Assembly (NCBI GenBank): GCA_000743035.1
Contig: CP008936.1
Location: 1,690,348 to 1,722,347, forward strand
Source: Candidatus Paracaedimonas acanthamoebae
GTDB lineage: Bacteria > Pseudomonadota > Alphaproteobacteria > Caedimonadales > Caedimonadaceae
Length of the DNA stretch: 32,000 nucleotides
Direction of reading: 5' to 3'
Numbering within the stretch: position 1 is the first letter of the stretch; every line of letters begins with the position of its first letter. Below are positions 1 to 8,183 of the stretch, in pieces. The notes below the pieces were generated by a model. The model was not told the DNA's origin, did no database searches, and was given only the letters and a program-made list of their open reading frames with translations. The position numbers and the translations under genes were made by a program.

Positions 1-855
1 AGGAACTTTCTCAGTGCGTGCGATTGTTTGATACTGAATATCAAGTTCAACAAGGGTTTCCGAATGTTCAGAAACAAAAGAAAGAGGCACCACAATAACC
101 CCGACACGGTCTTGACCTGCCCGCTTGATTTCAGCGTCAATTGAAGGGGACAACCATTTTAAGGGACCCACCTTGGATTGATAGCACACGACAAAATCCT
201 TACACCCAAGTCGACGGGCAATTGCTTGCGATGAAAGCTCGACATGATGTTGATAGGGGTCCCCCTGCCTTATAATTTTTTCTGGCAGTCCATGTGCTGA
301 AAAAAGCAAGCGATACGGTCGTTTTTCGCTCTTAATGATGGGCTGAATAAGGTCACAATTTGCGGCAATAAACCCTTCGTGATGCGGATAACAGCAAATT
401 ATTTTTGTTGGAATTTCAAGTGCTTTTTTCTTCGCAGCTGTGATCCATGCCTTAATCGATGATGCCGTTGTTGTCGTCGAAAATTGAGGATAAAGAGGTA
501 ATAAGATGATTTCTGAAGGAGCATAGGCCTTCACAGCCTTCACGGTTGCGTCCGTCAAGGGATGCCAATACCGCATGGCGATGAAGACACGCCACCCTTT
601 CCCCAAAGAAGCTTCTAACGCGGTGGCTTGCTGTTGAGTGTTCGTCAAAAGCGGCGACCCCCCTCCTAATTGCGCATAGATCGCCTCCGCTTCTTTAGCG
701 CGCCGCCTTGCAATAAAAAAGGCCAACAAACTTCTAAACGGTTGAAAAATAGATAAAATAGCTCGGTCATTAAAAAGATTAAATAAAAAGGGCTGGATGG
801 CCTTAGGACCATCAGGTCCTCCTAAATTAAAAAGAACAACAGCCTTCCGGTTCAT
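1..855 (-). CDS. hemH: ferrochelatase; the C-terminal end is cut off by the window edge (285 N-terminal codons present)
   Basis: My own translation of the - strand from ATG at 855..853 gives MNRKAVVLFNLGGPDGPKAIQPFLFNLFNDRAILS...QATALEASLGKGWRVFIAMRYWHPLTDATV, a typical ferrochelatase N-terminus. It stays open to position 1, which explains its absence from the ORF track. It lies directly upstream of hemE. Confidence 0.85.
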   Translation of the reverse strand, partial: MNRKAVVLFNLGGPDGPKAIQPFLFNLFNDRAILSIFQPFRSLLAFFIARRRAKEAEAIYAQLGGGSPLLTNTQQQATALEASLGKGWRVFIAMRYWHPLTDATVKAVKAYAPSEIILLPLYPQFSTTTTASSIKAWITAAKKKALEIPTKIICCYPHHEGFIAANCDLIQPIIKSEKRPYRLLFSAHGLPEKIIRQGDPYQHHVELSSQAIARRLGCKDFVVCYQSKVGPLKWLSPSIDAEIKRAGQDRVGVIVVPLSFVSEHSETLVELDIQYQTIARTEKVP

Positions 856-857
856 TC

Positions 858-1871
858 TTATGCCCCTTTAATATATCGAATTAAATCAGCGACATGATTG
901 ATTGGCGTTTCAGGAACAATGCCATGACCTAGATTAAAAATATAAGGCCCTTGCGCTTCTAAAACGCGATATTTTTCCACTTCGCGCCGCAATATGTCCC
1001 CCCCCACCACCAAGGCTTGGGGATCAATTCCGCCTTGTAAGAGCACGTTTTCTTTAAAGTTTTTCTTGACCCAATCCAAAGAAATCCTGGAATCAAGACT
1101 AATGCCATCGACCTTTGTTTGATGTTGATATTCTTGCGTTTTTTCACCAAGCCCACGGGGAAATCCTATAATAGGAACCTGAGGATATGAGATTTTCAAC
1201 GCCTTAACAATCGCGCGTGTTGGTTGATAAATAACTTGCTCAACCAAACAATCCGGTACAGCCTCTCCCCAGGATTCAAAGAGCTGCAAAACCTGGGCCC
1301 CAGCCTCAACCTGCTGCTTGAGATAAGCGATGGTCGCTTCTGTAATGATTGTGAGTAAGTCCTGAAACCCTTGAGGATAACGAAAGGCAAAGGCCTTCGC
1401 GTGATCAAAATTTTTAGATGATTTTCCTTCCACCATATAGCAAGCAACCGTCCAAGGGGCTCCGGCAAAACCAATCAAATTAACATGAGCAGGCAACATT
1501 GCTCTTACTTGACTCAGAGCCTCACAGGTCGGCCTAAAGCGGTCACCATTCATGGTTAAACGAGAAAGATGGTCTGGCCCCTCAATCCGCTCAAGATGAG
1601 GTCCTTGCCCCTCTATAAACGACAAATTTAGTCCTAAAGCATACGGGACGATAAGAATGTCTGAAAAAATAATGGCGGCATCTAGATTAAAGCGTCTCAG
1701 AGGTTGTACAGTAACCTCAGCCGCGGCTGAGGGCGTTAGGCAAAGATCAAGAAAAGATGGATATTTCGCTCTTAGCGCTCGATATTCTGGAAGGTAACGC
1801 CCTGCTTGCCGCATGATCCAACAAAGGGACTGAGAATTCTTTTTTTCATGGAATAATTTTAAGAGTGTCAT
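858..1871 (-). CDS. hemE: uroporphyrinogen decarboxylase
   Basis: 337-aa ORF with the HemE signature near the N-terminus (IMRQAGRYLPEYR) and a full-length URO-D-like sequence (GFAGAPWT, FESWG, NLGHGI). Confidence 0.95.
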   Translation of the reverse strand: MTLLKLFHEKKNSQSLCWIMRQAGRYLPEYRALRAKYPSFLDLCLTPSAAAEVTVQPLRRFNLDAAIIFSDILIVPYALGLNLSFIEGQGPHLERIEGPDHLSRLTMNGDRFRPTCEALSQVRAMLPAHVNLIGFAGAPWTVACYMVEGKSSKNFDHAKAFAFRYPQGFQDLLTIITEATIAYLKQQVEAGAQVLQLFESWGEAVPDCLVEQVIYQPTRAIVKALKISYPQVPIIGFPRGLGEKTQEYQHQTKVDGISLDSRISLDWVKKNFKENVLLQGGIDPQALVVGGDILRREVEKYRVLEAQGPYIFNLGHGIVPETPINHVADLIRYIKGA

Positions 1872-2024
1872 TTTAAAATATTAATAATTTTTTAATAAAA
1901 GGTATTTGTTAATGTTGGCTTGGGGATAACTGTTGTCCCCACCCCTTAATGATTTTGTATAGGGATGTGCTTTAAGAAGCAAATGATTATATTTTTTTAT
2001 TTTCATCCCCATCTCTTTCATCTC

Positions 2025-2033
2025 TTATCCACA
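2025..2033 (+). promoter_or_regulatory. DnaA box, perfect consensus TTATCCACA
   Basis: Exact 9-mer read in the sequence. It forms an inverted pair with the box at 2045..2053, 11 bp away. Confidence 0.7.
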
Positions 2034-2044
2034 ACTTATTCCCT

Positions 2045-2053
2045 TGTGGATAA
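2045..2053 (-). promoter_or_regulatory. DnaA box, perfect consensus (TGTGGATAA on + strand)
   Basis: Exact reverse-complement 9-mer read in the sequence. Confidence 0.7.
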
Positions 2054-2135
2054 CAAGAGAACAAGATCTTTATCTTGTGAATCATTTCTCTTGAAGAGAG
2101 CATTGTTTTCATTTTACAGGATGATTATCATAGTT

Positions 2136-2144
2136 TTATCCACA
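2136..2144 (+). promoter_or_regulatory. DnaA box, perfect consensus TTATCCACA
   Basis: Exact 9-mer, 8 nt upstream of the first coaE ATG. Confidence 0.7.
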
Positions 2145-2151
2145 AGTTTTT

Positions 2152-2772
2152 ATGCAAGGGATGGAGATGGAATTACCTAAGGTCTTGGGACTCACAGGCT
2201 CGATCGGTACCGGAAAATCAACGATTGCAAAAATGTTTAGATCCTTAAAGATTCCGGTGCTTGATGCGGATAAAATCGTTCATCATCTTTATGAGACATC
2301 TCCTTTGTTGATTGAACGGTTGAGAGCTTATCAAGCCTCCCTTATCCAAGATGGGAAAGTTGATCGCCACGCCCTTTCTCATCTTGTTGTAAAAGAACCA
2401 TCCTTCCTTCCTCTTCTTGAGAGCATCATTCATCCATTAGTTAAGCAAGTATTGATGGAGGCGATTGAATCCGCAAAACGAGAACAGATTCCTTTACTCG
2501 TCCTTGAAGTTCCCTTACTTTTTGAGGTGGGGCTTGATGCCTTATGTCATTTTACTCTCGTGGTTCACACCTCTGACGCGCTTCAAAAAGAACGCGTTTT
2601 GAATCGGGCTCATATGACCGAAGAACAATTCCTAAAAATTTCATCTCGGCAGCTTCCTCAACAAGAGAAAATCAACCGTGCTGATTTTACGCTTGATACT
2701 TCTCGATCCCGGGTTCATATCTTTAAAGATCTTTTAAAGTATCTTAAGAAGGTTTGTTCGAGCCATGCGTGA
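2152..2772 (+). CDS. coaE: dephospho-CoA kinase
   Basis: P-loop GLTGSIGTGKST at the N-terminus and CoaE-like length and layout. The start is ambiguous among the ATGs at 2152, 2161 and 2167. Confidence 0.88.
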   Translation: MQGMEMELPKVLGLTGSIGTGKSTIAKMFRSLKIPVLDADKIVHHLYETSPLLIERLRAYQASLIQDGKVDRHALSHLVVKEPSFLPLLESIIHPLVKQVLMEAIESAKREQIPLLVLEVPLLFEVGLDALCHFTLVVHTSDALQKERVLNRAHMTEEQFLKISSRQLPQQEKINRADFTLDTSRSRVHIFKDLLKYLKKVCSSHA

Positions 2773-3475
2773 AATTGTCCTGGATACCGAAACAACAGGA
2801 TTTGAGCCGTCTGACGGACATAGGTTGGTTGAAATTGGGTGTATTGAGCTCATGAATTTTGTGCCGACAGGCGCCATTTTTCACAAGTATATTAATCCTG
2901 AACGAGAGGTACCCCAAGAAGCGTTTAATGTTCATGGTCTTTCATATGAATTCCTGAAAGATCATCCAAGATTTGAAGAAGTTCATCTGCAATTTCTTGA
3001 TTTTATTGGGGGCAGCCCTTTGGTCATTCATAATGCTCGCTTTGATATGAAGTTTTTGAATGCAGAGCTTGGGCGTCTTAATCAACCTGTTCTGCCCTTT
3101 GAGAGGGCAATTGATACGTTGGCGTTAGCAAAAAGTTTATTTCCAGGATCGCCCGCGAGTCTTGATGCTTTATGTAAGCGTTTTGAGATCGATAATTCAA
3201 ATCGTATCAAGCACGGAGCTCTTTTAGATGCTGAGCTTTTGGCTGAAGTTTACCTTGAGCTTAAAGGGGGGCGCCAACCCACCCTTAATTTAGCGACGAA
3301 ATCAATAAACTCAGGCCTTAAGCCTATTGAGAAGAAATTTTATTCGGCACGTCCTTTCGAAATTCCTGCAGACGACCTTAAACTTCATGAAGCTTTTTTA
3401 GATAAGCTTAAGAACCCAGTGTGGCGTTCTCTTGAGAGCCATACTGGTTCCGGTAAAGCTCAAGGAAATCAATAG
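2765..3475 (+). CDS. dnaQ: DNA polymerase III epsilon subunit (3'-5' exonuclease)
   Basis: Exo motifs: IVLDTETTG (ExoI), VIHNARFDMKFL (ExoII), HGALLDAELLAEVY (ExoIII). It overlaps the coaE stop by 8 nt. Confidence 0.92.
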   Translation: MREIVLDTETTGFEPSDGHRLVEIGCIELMNFVPTGAIFHKYINPEREVPQEAFNVHGLSYEFLKDHPRFEEVHLQFLDFIGGSPLVIHNARFDMKFLNAELGRLNQPVLPFERAIDTLALAKSLFPGSPASLDALCKRFEIDNSNRIKHGALLDAELLAEVYLELKGGRQPTLNLATKSINSGLKPIEKKFYSARPFEIPADDLKLHEAFLDKLKNPVWRSLESHTGSGKAQGNQ

Positions 3476-3926
3476 GGCTTAACATGAGGGTGGGGAAACC
3501 CCCTTCTCGAGTTAATGTCGAGATGAGATTTCTTGCATAAGGAAAAAGGAGTCTTGGACATTCAATCATAAGAATTGGGTGAACGGCTTCTTGTGGAAGG
3601 TTGCTGGCCAATGTGAAAACACCCGCATATTGAAGCTCCGCCAAGAACATTCGCTGTTTAGCTTGATGAGCATTTGCCGTTAAATGGAGGGTGACTTCAT
3701 AAGCATGTTCACCAACCTCTTGGGCTTGAATGTCGATATTCAGCTCAATTTCTGGGGCATGATCTTCACTGACATTAAGGCTTTGTAAAGGTGTAGGATT
3801 TTCAAACGAAATATCTTTTACATATTGGGCATTAATGATGAGTGGCATCGCGGGAATGTTTGCACTAGGTTCCATTTCTGCTGCGCCATTTGTTTTTTTA
3901 GGCTTTTGAGTTTCACTTTTGGCCAT
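3408..3926 (-). CDS. secB: protein-export chaperone SecB
   Basis: SecB-like sequence (INAQYVKDISFENP..., LLFPYARNLISTLTREGGFPTLMLSPIDF). GGAG RBS sits before the ATG at 3926. Confidence 0.9.
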   Translation of the reverse strand: MAKSETQKPKKTNGAAEMEPSANIPAMPLIINAQYVKDISFENPTPLQSLNVSEDHAPEIELNIDIQAQEVGEHAYEVTLHLTANAHQAKQRMFLAELQYAGVFTLASNLPQEAVHPILMIECPRLLFPYARNLISTLTREGGFPTLMLSPIDFLELYRNQYGSQENATLGS

Positions 3927-4025
3927 TATGATCTCCTTAAATCTTTTTTAGGTTTTGGGACTCTATCATGGTTTCACAGAGTATGACAATATAAGGATAA
4001 AAAGAACGTTTTGAAGGAGAAATAA

Positions 4026-4667
4026 ATGAGTCAATTGATTGAGATTTTAGTGCTTGCCTTTGTGGCCGCGATTATTATCTTTAAATTAATTTCGGTTTTA
4101 GGCGAACGAACAGGCTTTGAGCACTCACAGCGGCGAAGGGATACCTTTCGTGACCCTCAAAAACCCGAAGAAAATCACAATTCTCCTTCGCCTTCTTCAG
4201 AGGAAGATCTTATTGGACCTGGTCTTCGTAAGGTTTACGCCCAAATGCTTTCTCTGGACCAACAGTTTTCTTTAAGTCGGTTTTTAGCAGGTGCCACGCG
4301 CGCTTTTGAAATGATTGTCCTAGCTTACGCAAAGGGAGATTTAAAAAGCTTAAAACCTTTGGTTTCTTCTGAAATTTATAAAGATTTTCAAGAAGCTATT
4401 GAAGAGAGGCTACAAAAAGGAGAAAGCTTAGAGACAACCATCGAGAAAATTGAAACTCCTGAAATTACCGATATGCGTTTGCAAGAAACGCAAGCCATCA
4501 TTACGGTGAGATTTACCTCAGAACAAATTCACCTGATTCGAAATGACAAAGGCAAGATGATCGAAGGAAATCCAAAACAAAGCGAACAAATTATTGATTT
4601 ATGGACATTTTCTCGTGATCTTCGAGCGAAAGAATTCAATTGGACCTTGATAAAGACAGATCAATAA
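4026..4667 (+). CDS. Tim44-like domain membrane protein
   Basis: N-terminal TM helix (LIEILVLAFVAAIIIFKLISVL) followed by a Tim44-like C-terminal domain (FLAGATRAFEMIVLAYAKGDLKSLKPLVS...WTFSRDL). The secB-tim44-mltA-smr order is typical of Alphaproteobacteria. Confidence 0.75.
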   Translation: MSQLIEILVLAFVAAIIIFKLISVLGERTGFEHSQRRRDTFRDPQKPEENHNSPSPSSEEDLIGPGLRKVYAQMLSLDQQFSLSRFLAGATRAFEMIVLAYAKGDLKSLKPLVSSEIYKDFQEAIEERLQKGESLETTIEKIETPEITDMRLQETQAIITVRFTSEQIHLIRNDKGKMIEGNPKQSEQIIDLWTFSRDLRAKEFNWTLIKTDQ

Positions 4668-5776
4668 TGACGCCTTCCATCATTCCTATCAATTTTAAAA
4701 ATTTTTCTTTTCAAGAAGTTATGGTTGAAAATCTTCCTGGCTTTGCTGAAGATACGCTTGAAGATGCTTGCTTAGCTTGGAATAGTTCAGCGGCTGTTTT
4801 AAAATCTCTTTCTTCTGAGACATCTTTTGGAATTGCTGGGACGCGTGCTGAATGGGAAGAAGTTTTAAAGAGCCCCATTGAAGAATGGGCGTTTCGTCGC
4901 TTTCTTGAAACGCACTTTAGGGCTTATCATCTTCGATATGAAGGGCAGCCAAAGGGACTGTTTACAGGTTACTATGAACCTTGCTTAAAGGCGTCGAGCA
5001 CCCCTTCAGCTGAGTTTCCTTATCCCATTTATCAACGGCCTCCAGAACTCATGGTCATTGAAGATTTAGGCCAATTCCATCCAGCTTTAGCAGAGTATCG
5101 CATTGCGGGGACTCGTCAAGGAACAACCTTAAAGCCCTATTATTCGAGGCGAGAGTTATCCTCTGGTATCCTTGAGGGACGTCATCTTGAAATTGCTTGG
5201 GCAGCTAATAAGGCGGATCTTTACTTTATGCATATTCAAGGGTCAGGGAAGCTTGAGTTTGAAGATCGTTGGGTAAGGCTTAGCTATGATGGCACCAATG
5301 GCTATCCTTATACCTCCATTGGAAAATATATCCTTGAACAAGGTTATTTAGCGCCTGAGGAAGCAACGATGCAAGGGATTAAACAATGGTTTCGTATAAA
5401 TCCAGAAAAAATGGATGAAGTTTTATATCAGAATGACTCTTTTGTCTTTTTTAAGAATTTAGGGCTTCAAGAAGGACCGATTGGACGGCAAGGCGCCGTA
5501 TTGACCCCTAAAAGGAGTTTGGCGGTTGATCCCCGCGTTATTGCAATGGGGATGCCTTTATGGTTGTCGGCTGTAGCCCCGCGTGGTGCTGAACACTCCT
5601 TGCAACGGTTTGTGGTTGCCCAAGATGTGGGGGGCGCTATTAAAGGGCCTATTCGAGGAGATTTTTATTGGGGAACAGGCCATCAAGCAGGAAAGTTAGC
5701 GGGTTGTATGAAATCGGCTGGAGAGCTTTATTTCCTCATCCCTAAAATGATTGACTTCAAAGGCTTTGTGGGATGA
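4667..5776 (+). CDS. mltA: murein transglycosylase A (MltA family)
   Basis: MltA/3D-domain-like sequence (LFTGYYEP, YFMHIQGSGKL, AVDPRVIAMGMPLWL, VAQDVGGAIKG). The ORF-track start at 4640 is a TTG. The ATG at 4667 overlaps the upstream stop (TAATG) and is preferred. Confidence 0.85.
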   Translation: MTPSIIPINFKNFSFQEVMVENLPGFAEDTLEDACLAWNSSAAVLKSLSSETSFGIAGTRAEWEEVLKSPIEEWAFRRFLETHFRAYHLRYEGQPKGLFTGYYEPCLKASSTPSAEFPYPIYQRPPELMVIEDLGQFHPALAEYRIAGTRQGTTLKPYYSRRELSSGILEGRHLEIAWAANKADLYFMHIQGSGKLEFEDRWVRLSYDGTNGYPYTSIGKYILEQGYLAPEEATMQGIKQWFRINPEKMDEVLYQNDSFVFFKNLGLQEGPIGRQGAVLTPKRSLAVDPRVIAMGMPLWLSAVAPRGAEHSLQRFVVAQDVGGAIKGPIRGDFYWGTGHQAGKLAGCMKSAGELYFLIPKMIDFKGFVG

Positions 5777-6294
5777 CAGATGATTCTCAAGATCCTTGGA
5801 AAGCTTATTTGCGTGAGGTCAAAGCGCTCTCTTTCCCTGCGAAAGTTGAAAAAAAACCTCAAAAAGTTCACCTACGGGATCGACATCCGCTTAAAGACTT
5901 TTTAAAAGAAGTTCCTTTTGAAAATGTTTCACGTGAAACATTTTTGAATAACAAGAAGGCTCATCTTCTTTCTCGCAAAAGGACAAGAAATGCAAAAATT
6001 GAGCGAAAGCTTGATCTTCATGGGCTCACGTTAAAGGAAGCCTATCAAGAACTTTCCATTTTTTTATGGAAAGCTTCCCACCAAGGTATACGTATCGTTC
6101 TCATTATTACAGGGAAAGGAAGAGGTTCCCGCTCTTCCGATAAAGAAGAAAAACCACGATTGAATCTTAAAGAAGCTGTTCCTTCTTGGGTGCAAGAACC
6201 CCCGTTGAATACTTTAGTGGGTTCTTGGTCGAAAGCCCCCCAGGAACATGGGGGAGATGGCGCCTTATATGTTTTTTTAAGGGCAACCCCCTGA
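5773..6294 (+). CDS. Smr domain-containing protein
   Basis: C-terminal Smr domain (LDLHGLTLKEAYQELSIFL...RIVLIITGKG). ATGA start/stop overlap with mltA. It carries one copy of the palindrome in frame. Confidence 0.8.
   Translation: MTDDSQDPWKAYLREVKALSFPAKVEKKPQKVHLRDRHPLKDFLKEVPFENVSRETFLNNKKAHLLSRKRTRNAKIERKLDLHGLTLKEAYQELSIFLWKASHQGIRIVLIITGKGRGSRSSDKEEKPRLNLKEAVPSWVQEPPLNTLVGSWSKAPQEHGGDGALYVFLRATP
5921..5944. repeat. palindrome family copy 1: AAAATGTTTCACGTGAAACATTTT (24-bp perfect palindrome), inside the smr CDS
   Basis: Read directly and symmetry checked base by base. Translated in frame as ENVSRETF. Confidence 0.95.
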
Positions 6295-6353
6295 GATAAA
6301 TAACTCAAAGATACACAAGGCACTATTTACCCTCATAAAATCAAAAGGTTATT

Positions 6354-6381
6354 TTAAAATGTTTCACGTGAAACATTTTAA
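6354..6381. repeat. palindrome family copy 2: TTAAAATGTTTCACGTGAAACATTTTAA (28-bp perfect palindrome), between convergent smr and VOC genes
   Basis: Read directly and symmetry checked base by base. Confidence 0.95.
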
Positions 6382-6420
6382 CGACTTGATAAGGAAAAAT
6401 AAAAACAGAAGTCTTTTCAA

Positions 6421-6846
6421 TTAGCTGGAGAGCTTAGTGGCAAAGCTCCAAGAATGACCATCAGGATCCGTGACCTGAAAAAAACGATCGCCCCAGAATC
6501 CATCATTAAGCTTAACAATGAGCTGGGCACCTGCGTTGAGAGCTTGTTGACAGAGAGAATCCACATCTCCACAATAAAGATAAAGCGTGATAGAAGGAAA
6601 GACTTTATTCGTGATAGGAGCTTTGGATGGCCCCTCAAAGGCGCCTTCAGGCGCAAACATAATTAATGCATCATAAAATTGCATTTCCACGTGTTGAATG
6701 AACCCTTTCTCATTGCGGGATGGTTCATTTGCAAGCTTAAAACCAAAAGCATGTTGATAAAAATCAAGAGCTTTTTGAGCATCACGAACAGTTAAATAAG
6801 GAATCAAAGTTGGAGCGTAAGGAGGCTTAAAACCTGAAGTTATCAT
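6421..6846 (-). CDS. VOC (glyoxalase/bleomycin-resistance/dioxygenase) family protein
   Basis: VOC-like pattern (LIPYLTVRDAQKALDFYQHAFGF ... FWGDRFFQVTDPDGHSW). The ORF extends to 6906, but the ATG at 6846 has an AAAGG RBS and gives a typical 141-aa size. Confidence 0.75.
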   Translation of the reverse strand: MITSGFKPPYAPTLIPYLTVRDAQKALDFYQHAFGFKLANEPSRNEKGFIQHVEMQFYDALIMFAPEGAFEGPSKAPITNKVFPSITLYLYCGDVDSLCQQALNAGAQLIVKLNDGFWGDRFFQVTDPDGHSWSFATKLSS

Positions 6847-7028
6847 GGTATGCCTTTTCATAAACAATATATCTTTTACTTTAAGACAAAATAAAAAAAT
6901 ATGCAATCTTCCTATTTAAAAAAACGCTATAAAATTTAATTTTATTTAAAAAGGTTTACTCATATTGCGCTATGCGCGGTAAAAGGAACGCGAAGTTTCT
7001 TTTATGAGTTCCTCCTGCTCTTGCAAAT

Positions 7029-7044
7029 TGTTTCACGTGAAACA
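7029..7044. repeat. palindrome family copy 3: core TGTTTCACGTGAAACA (16 bp), between the VOC start and the LysR paralog-2 stop
   Basis: Read directly. The arms beyond the 16-bp core are imperfect. Confidence 0.95.
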
Positions 7045-7280
7045 TTCTTAAGGCATCGTCTATTCGTTAAAAAAGTGTAAATTTTGACTTGTATTTTGCC
7101 TAATAAGTAGCATACTTCATAAATAATAATTATAAAAAGATCCCACTATATAAATGTACATACATTAGGAGAAAAAAATGATTAAAATTAAGCTTAATTT
7201 TGACGCCATAAATCCTATTTTTATCGTTGCTTTAAAACGATGCAAAACGATGTTTGCATAAGCATCTTTAGGTGAGCTTC

Positions 7281-8183
7281 TTATAACGATAATGACCTAG
7301 CCTCAGGCACTGAAAGTTGTTGCTGAAGGTAATCTCTGAGAGACGTAATTCGTCTGGAATTTTTCATATTCTCTTTGTAGATGTAATATAGCTCAATGAC
7401 TGGTGCCTGAAGGCTAGGCAAAACATTAATTAAATGAGAATCTTTCACACTAGGCGACTCGCCTGATAACTCAGCGATGCCAATCCCTTCTTTTGCCGCA
7501 TTCACGAGTCCTTCGAGGCTATTTATCTTCAAATATGGTTTCCTGACATAAGGCGGCGTCATGCCAACTTCTAAAATCCAACTACAGTTGCCGTAAGGAC
7601 TAATGATGTTATCCCCATAAGAAATAATATGGTGATGGTTAAGTTCTTCGACGTTTTTAGGGATGCCATATCTTTCAAGATATGAAGGGCTTGCCCACAA
7701 TCCCATCGGAAAAGCTTTTAAGGGGTGTTGAATTAAATTGGGATGGTGGGGAATATAGGTACAAATGGCAACATCAGTTTCTTGGAGATTAAGATTTTCC
7801 ATTTTACATAAAATACTCAGGTGAATGTCCGGGTAAATCTCAAGATACTTTCCCACATAACTCATCAACCATGAAGCCCCCATATGGGGCGTTGTGACAA
7901 TTTTTAACTCTCCCCTAACTTCATTATCTTTATTATAGAAATTTTGGAGGAATTCTTCATTTTCCTGCATGAGTTCAGTCGCATGCTGAAAAAGTCTATT
8001 GCCTTCTAAGGTCAACCCCAACCCTCGAGGATGTCTTTCAAAAAGTTTCATTCTCAGCTGAACTTCAAATTCTTTCATGGAGCGACTTAAAGACGACTGG
8101 CTGGTGTTCAAGAAATCGGCTGCTTTTGTTAAATTACCAAATTTTGCAACGGTATAAAAAATTCTGAGTTTAACTAAATCCAT
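7281..8183 (-). CDS. LysR-family transcriptional regulator (paralog 2 of a tandem pair)
   Basis: N-terminal HTH (FYTVAKFGNLTKAADFLNTSQSSLSRSMKEFE) plus a LysR substrate-binding domain. The start overlaps the upstream paralog's stop (ATGA-type overlap at 8183). Confidence 0.9.
   Translation of the reverse strand: MDLVKLRIFYTVAKFGNLTKAADFLNTSQSSLSRSMKEFEVQLRMKLFERHPRGLGLTLEGNRLFQHATELMQENEEFLQNFYNKDNEVRGELKIVTTPHMGASWLMSYVGKYLEIYPDIHLSILCKMENLNLQETDVAICTYIPHHPNLIQHPLKAFPMGLWASPSYLERYGIPKNVEELNHHHIISYGDNIISPYGNCSWILEVGMTPPYVRKPYLKINSLEGLVNAAKEGIGIAELSGESPSVKDSHLINVLPSLQAPVIELYYIYKENMKNSRRITSLRDYLQQQLSVPEARSLSL

Larger units (their letters stand above)
1872..2151. other. candidate chromosomal replication origin (oriC/Cori-like) between hemE and coaE
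   Basis: Non-coding gap between divergently oriented genes. It has three perfect TTATCCACA DnaA boxes and an AT-rich tract immediately after hemE. An origin next to hemE is known for Caulobacter Cori. Confidence 0.55.

Noticed and set aside
1881-1895. TTAA-N7-TTAA (CtrA-box spacing) in the AT-rich tract after hemE
   Set aside because: It is a single occurrence in nearly pure A/T sequence, where TTAA pairs arise easily by chance. It is mentioned only as context for the origin hypothesis and is not called as a feature.
1965-2180. 71-aa ORF in the hemE/coaE gap
   Set aside because: It runs straight through all three DnaA boxes and has no RBS. Its translation is low-complexity and Phe/Ile/Leu-rich, which is typical of AT-rich non-coding DNA. 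The region is better explained as origin or regulatory DNA.
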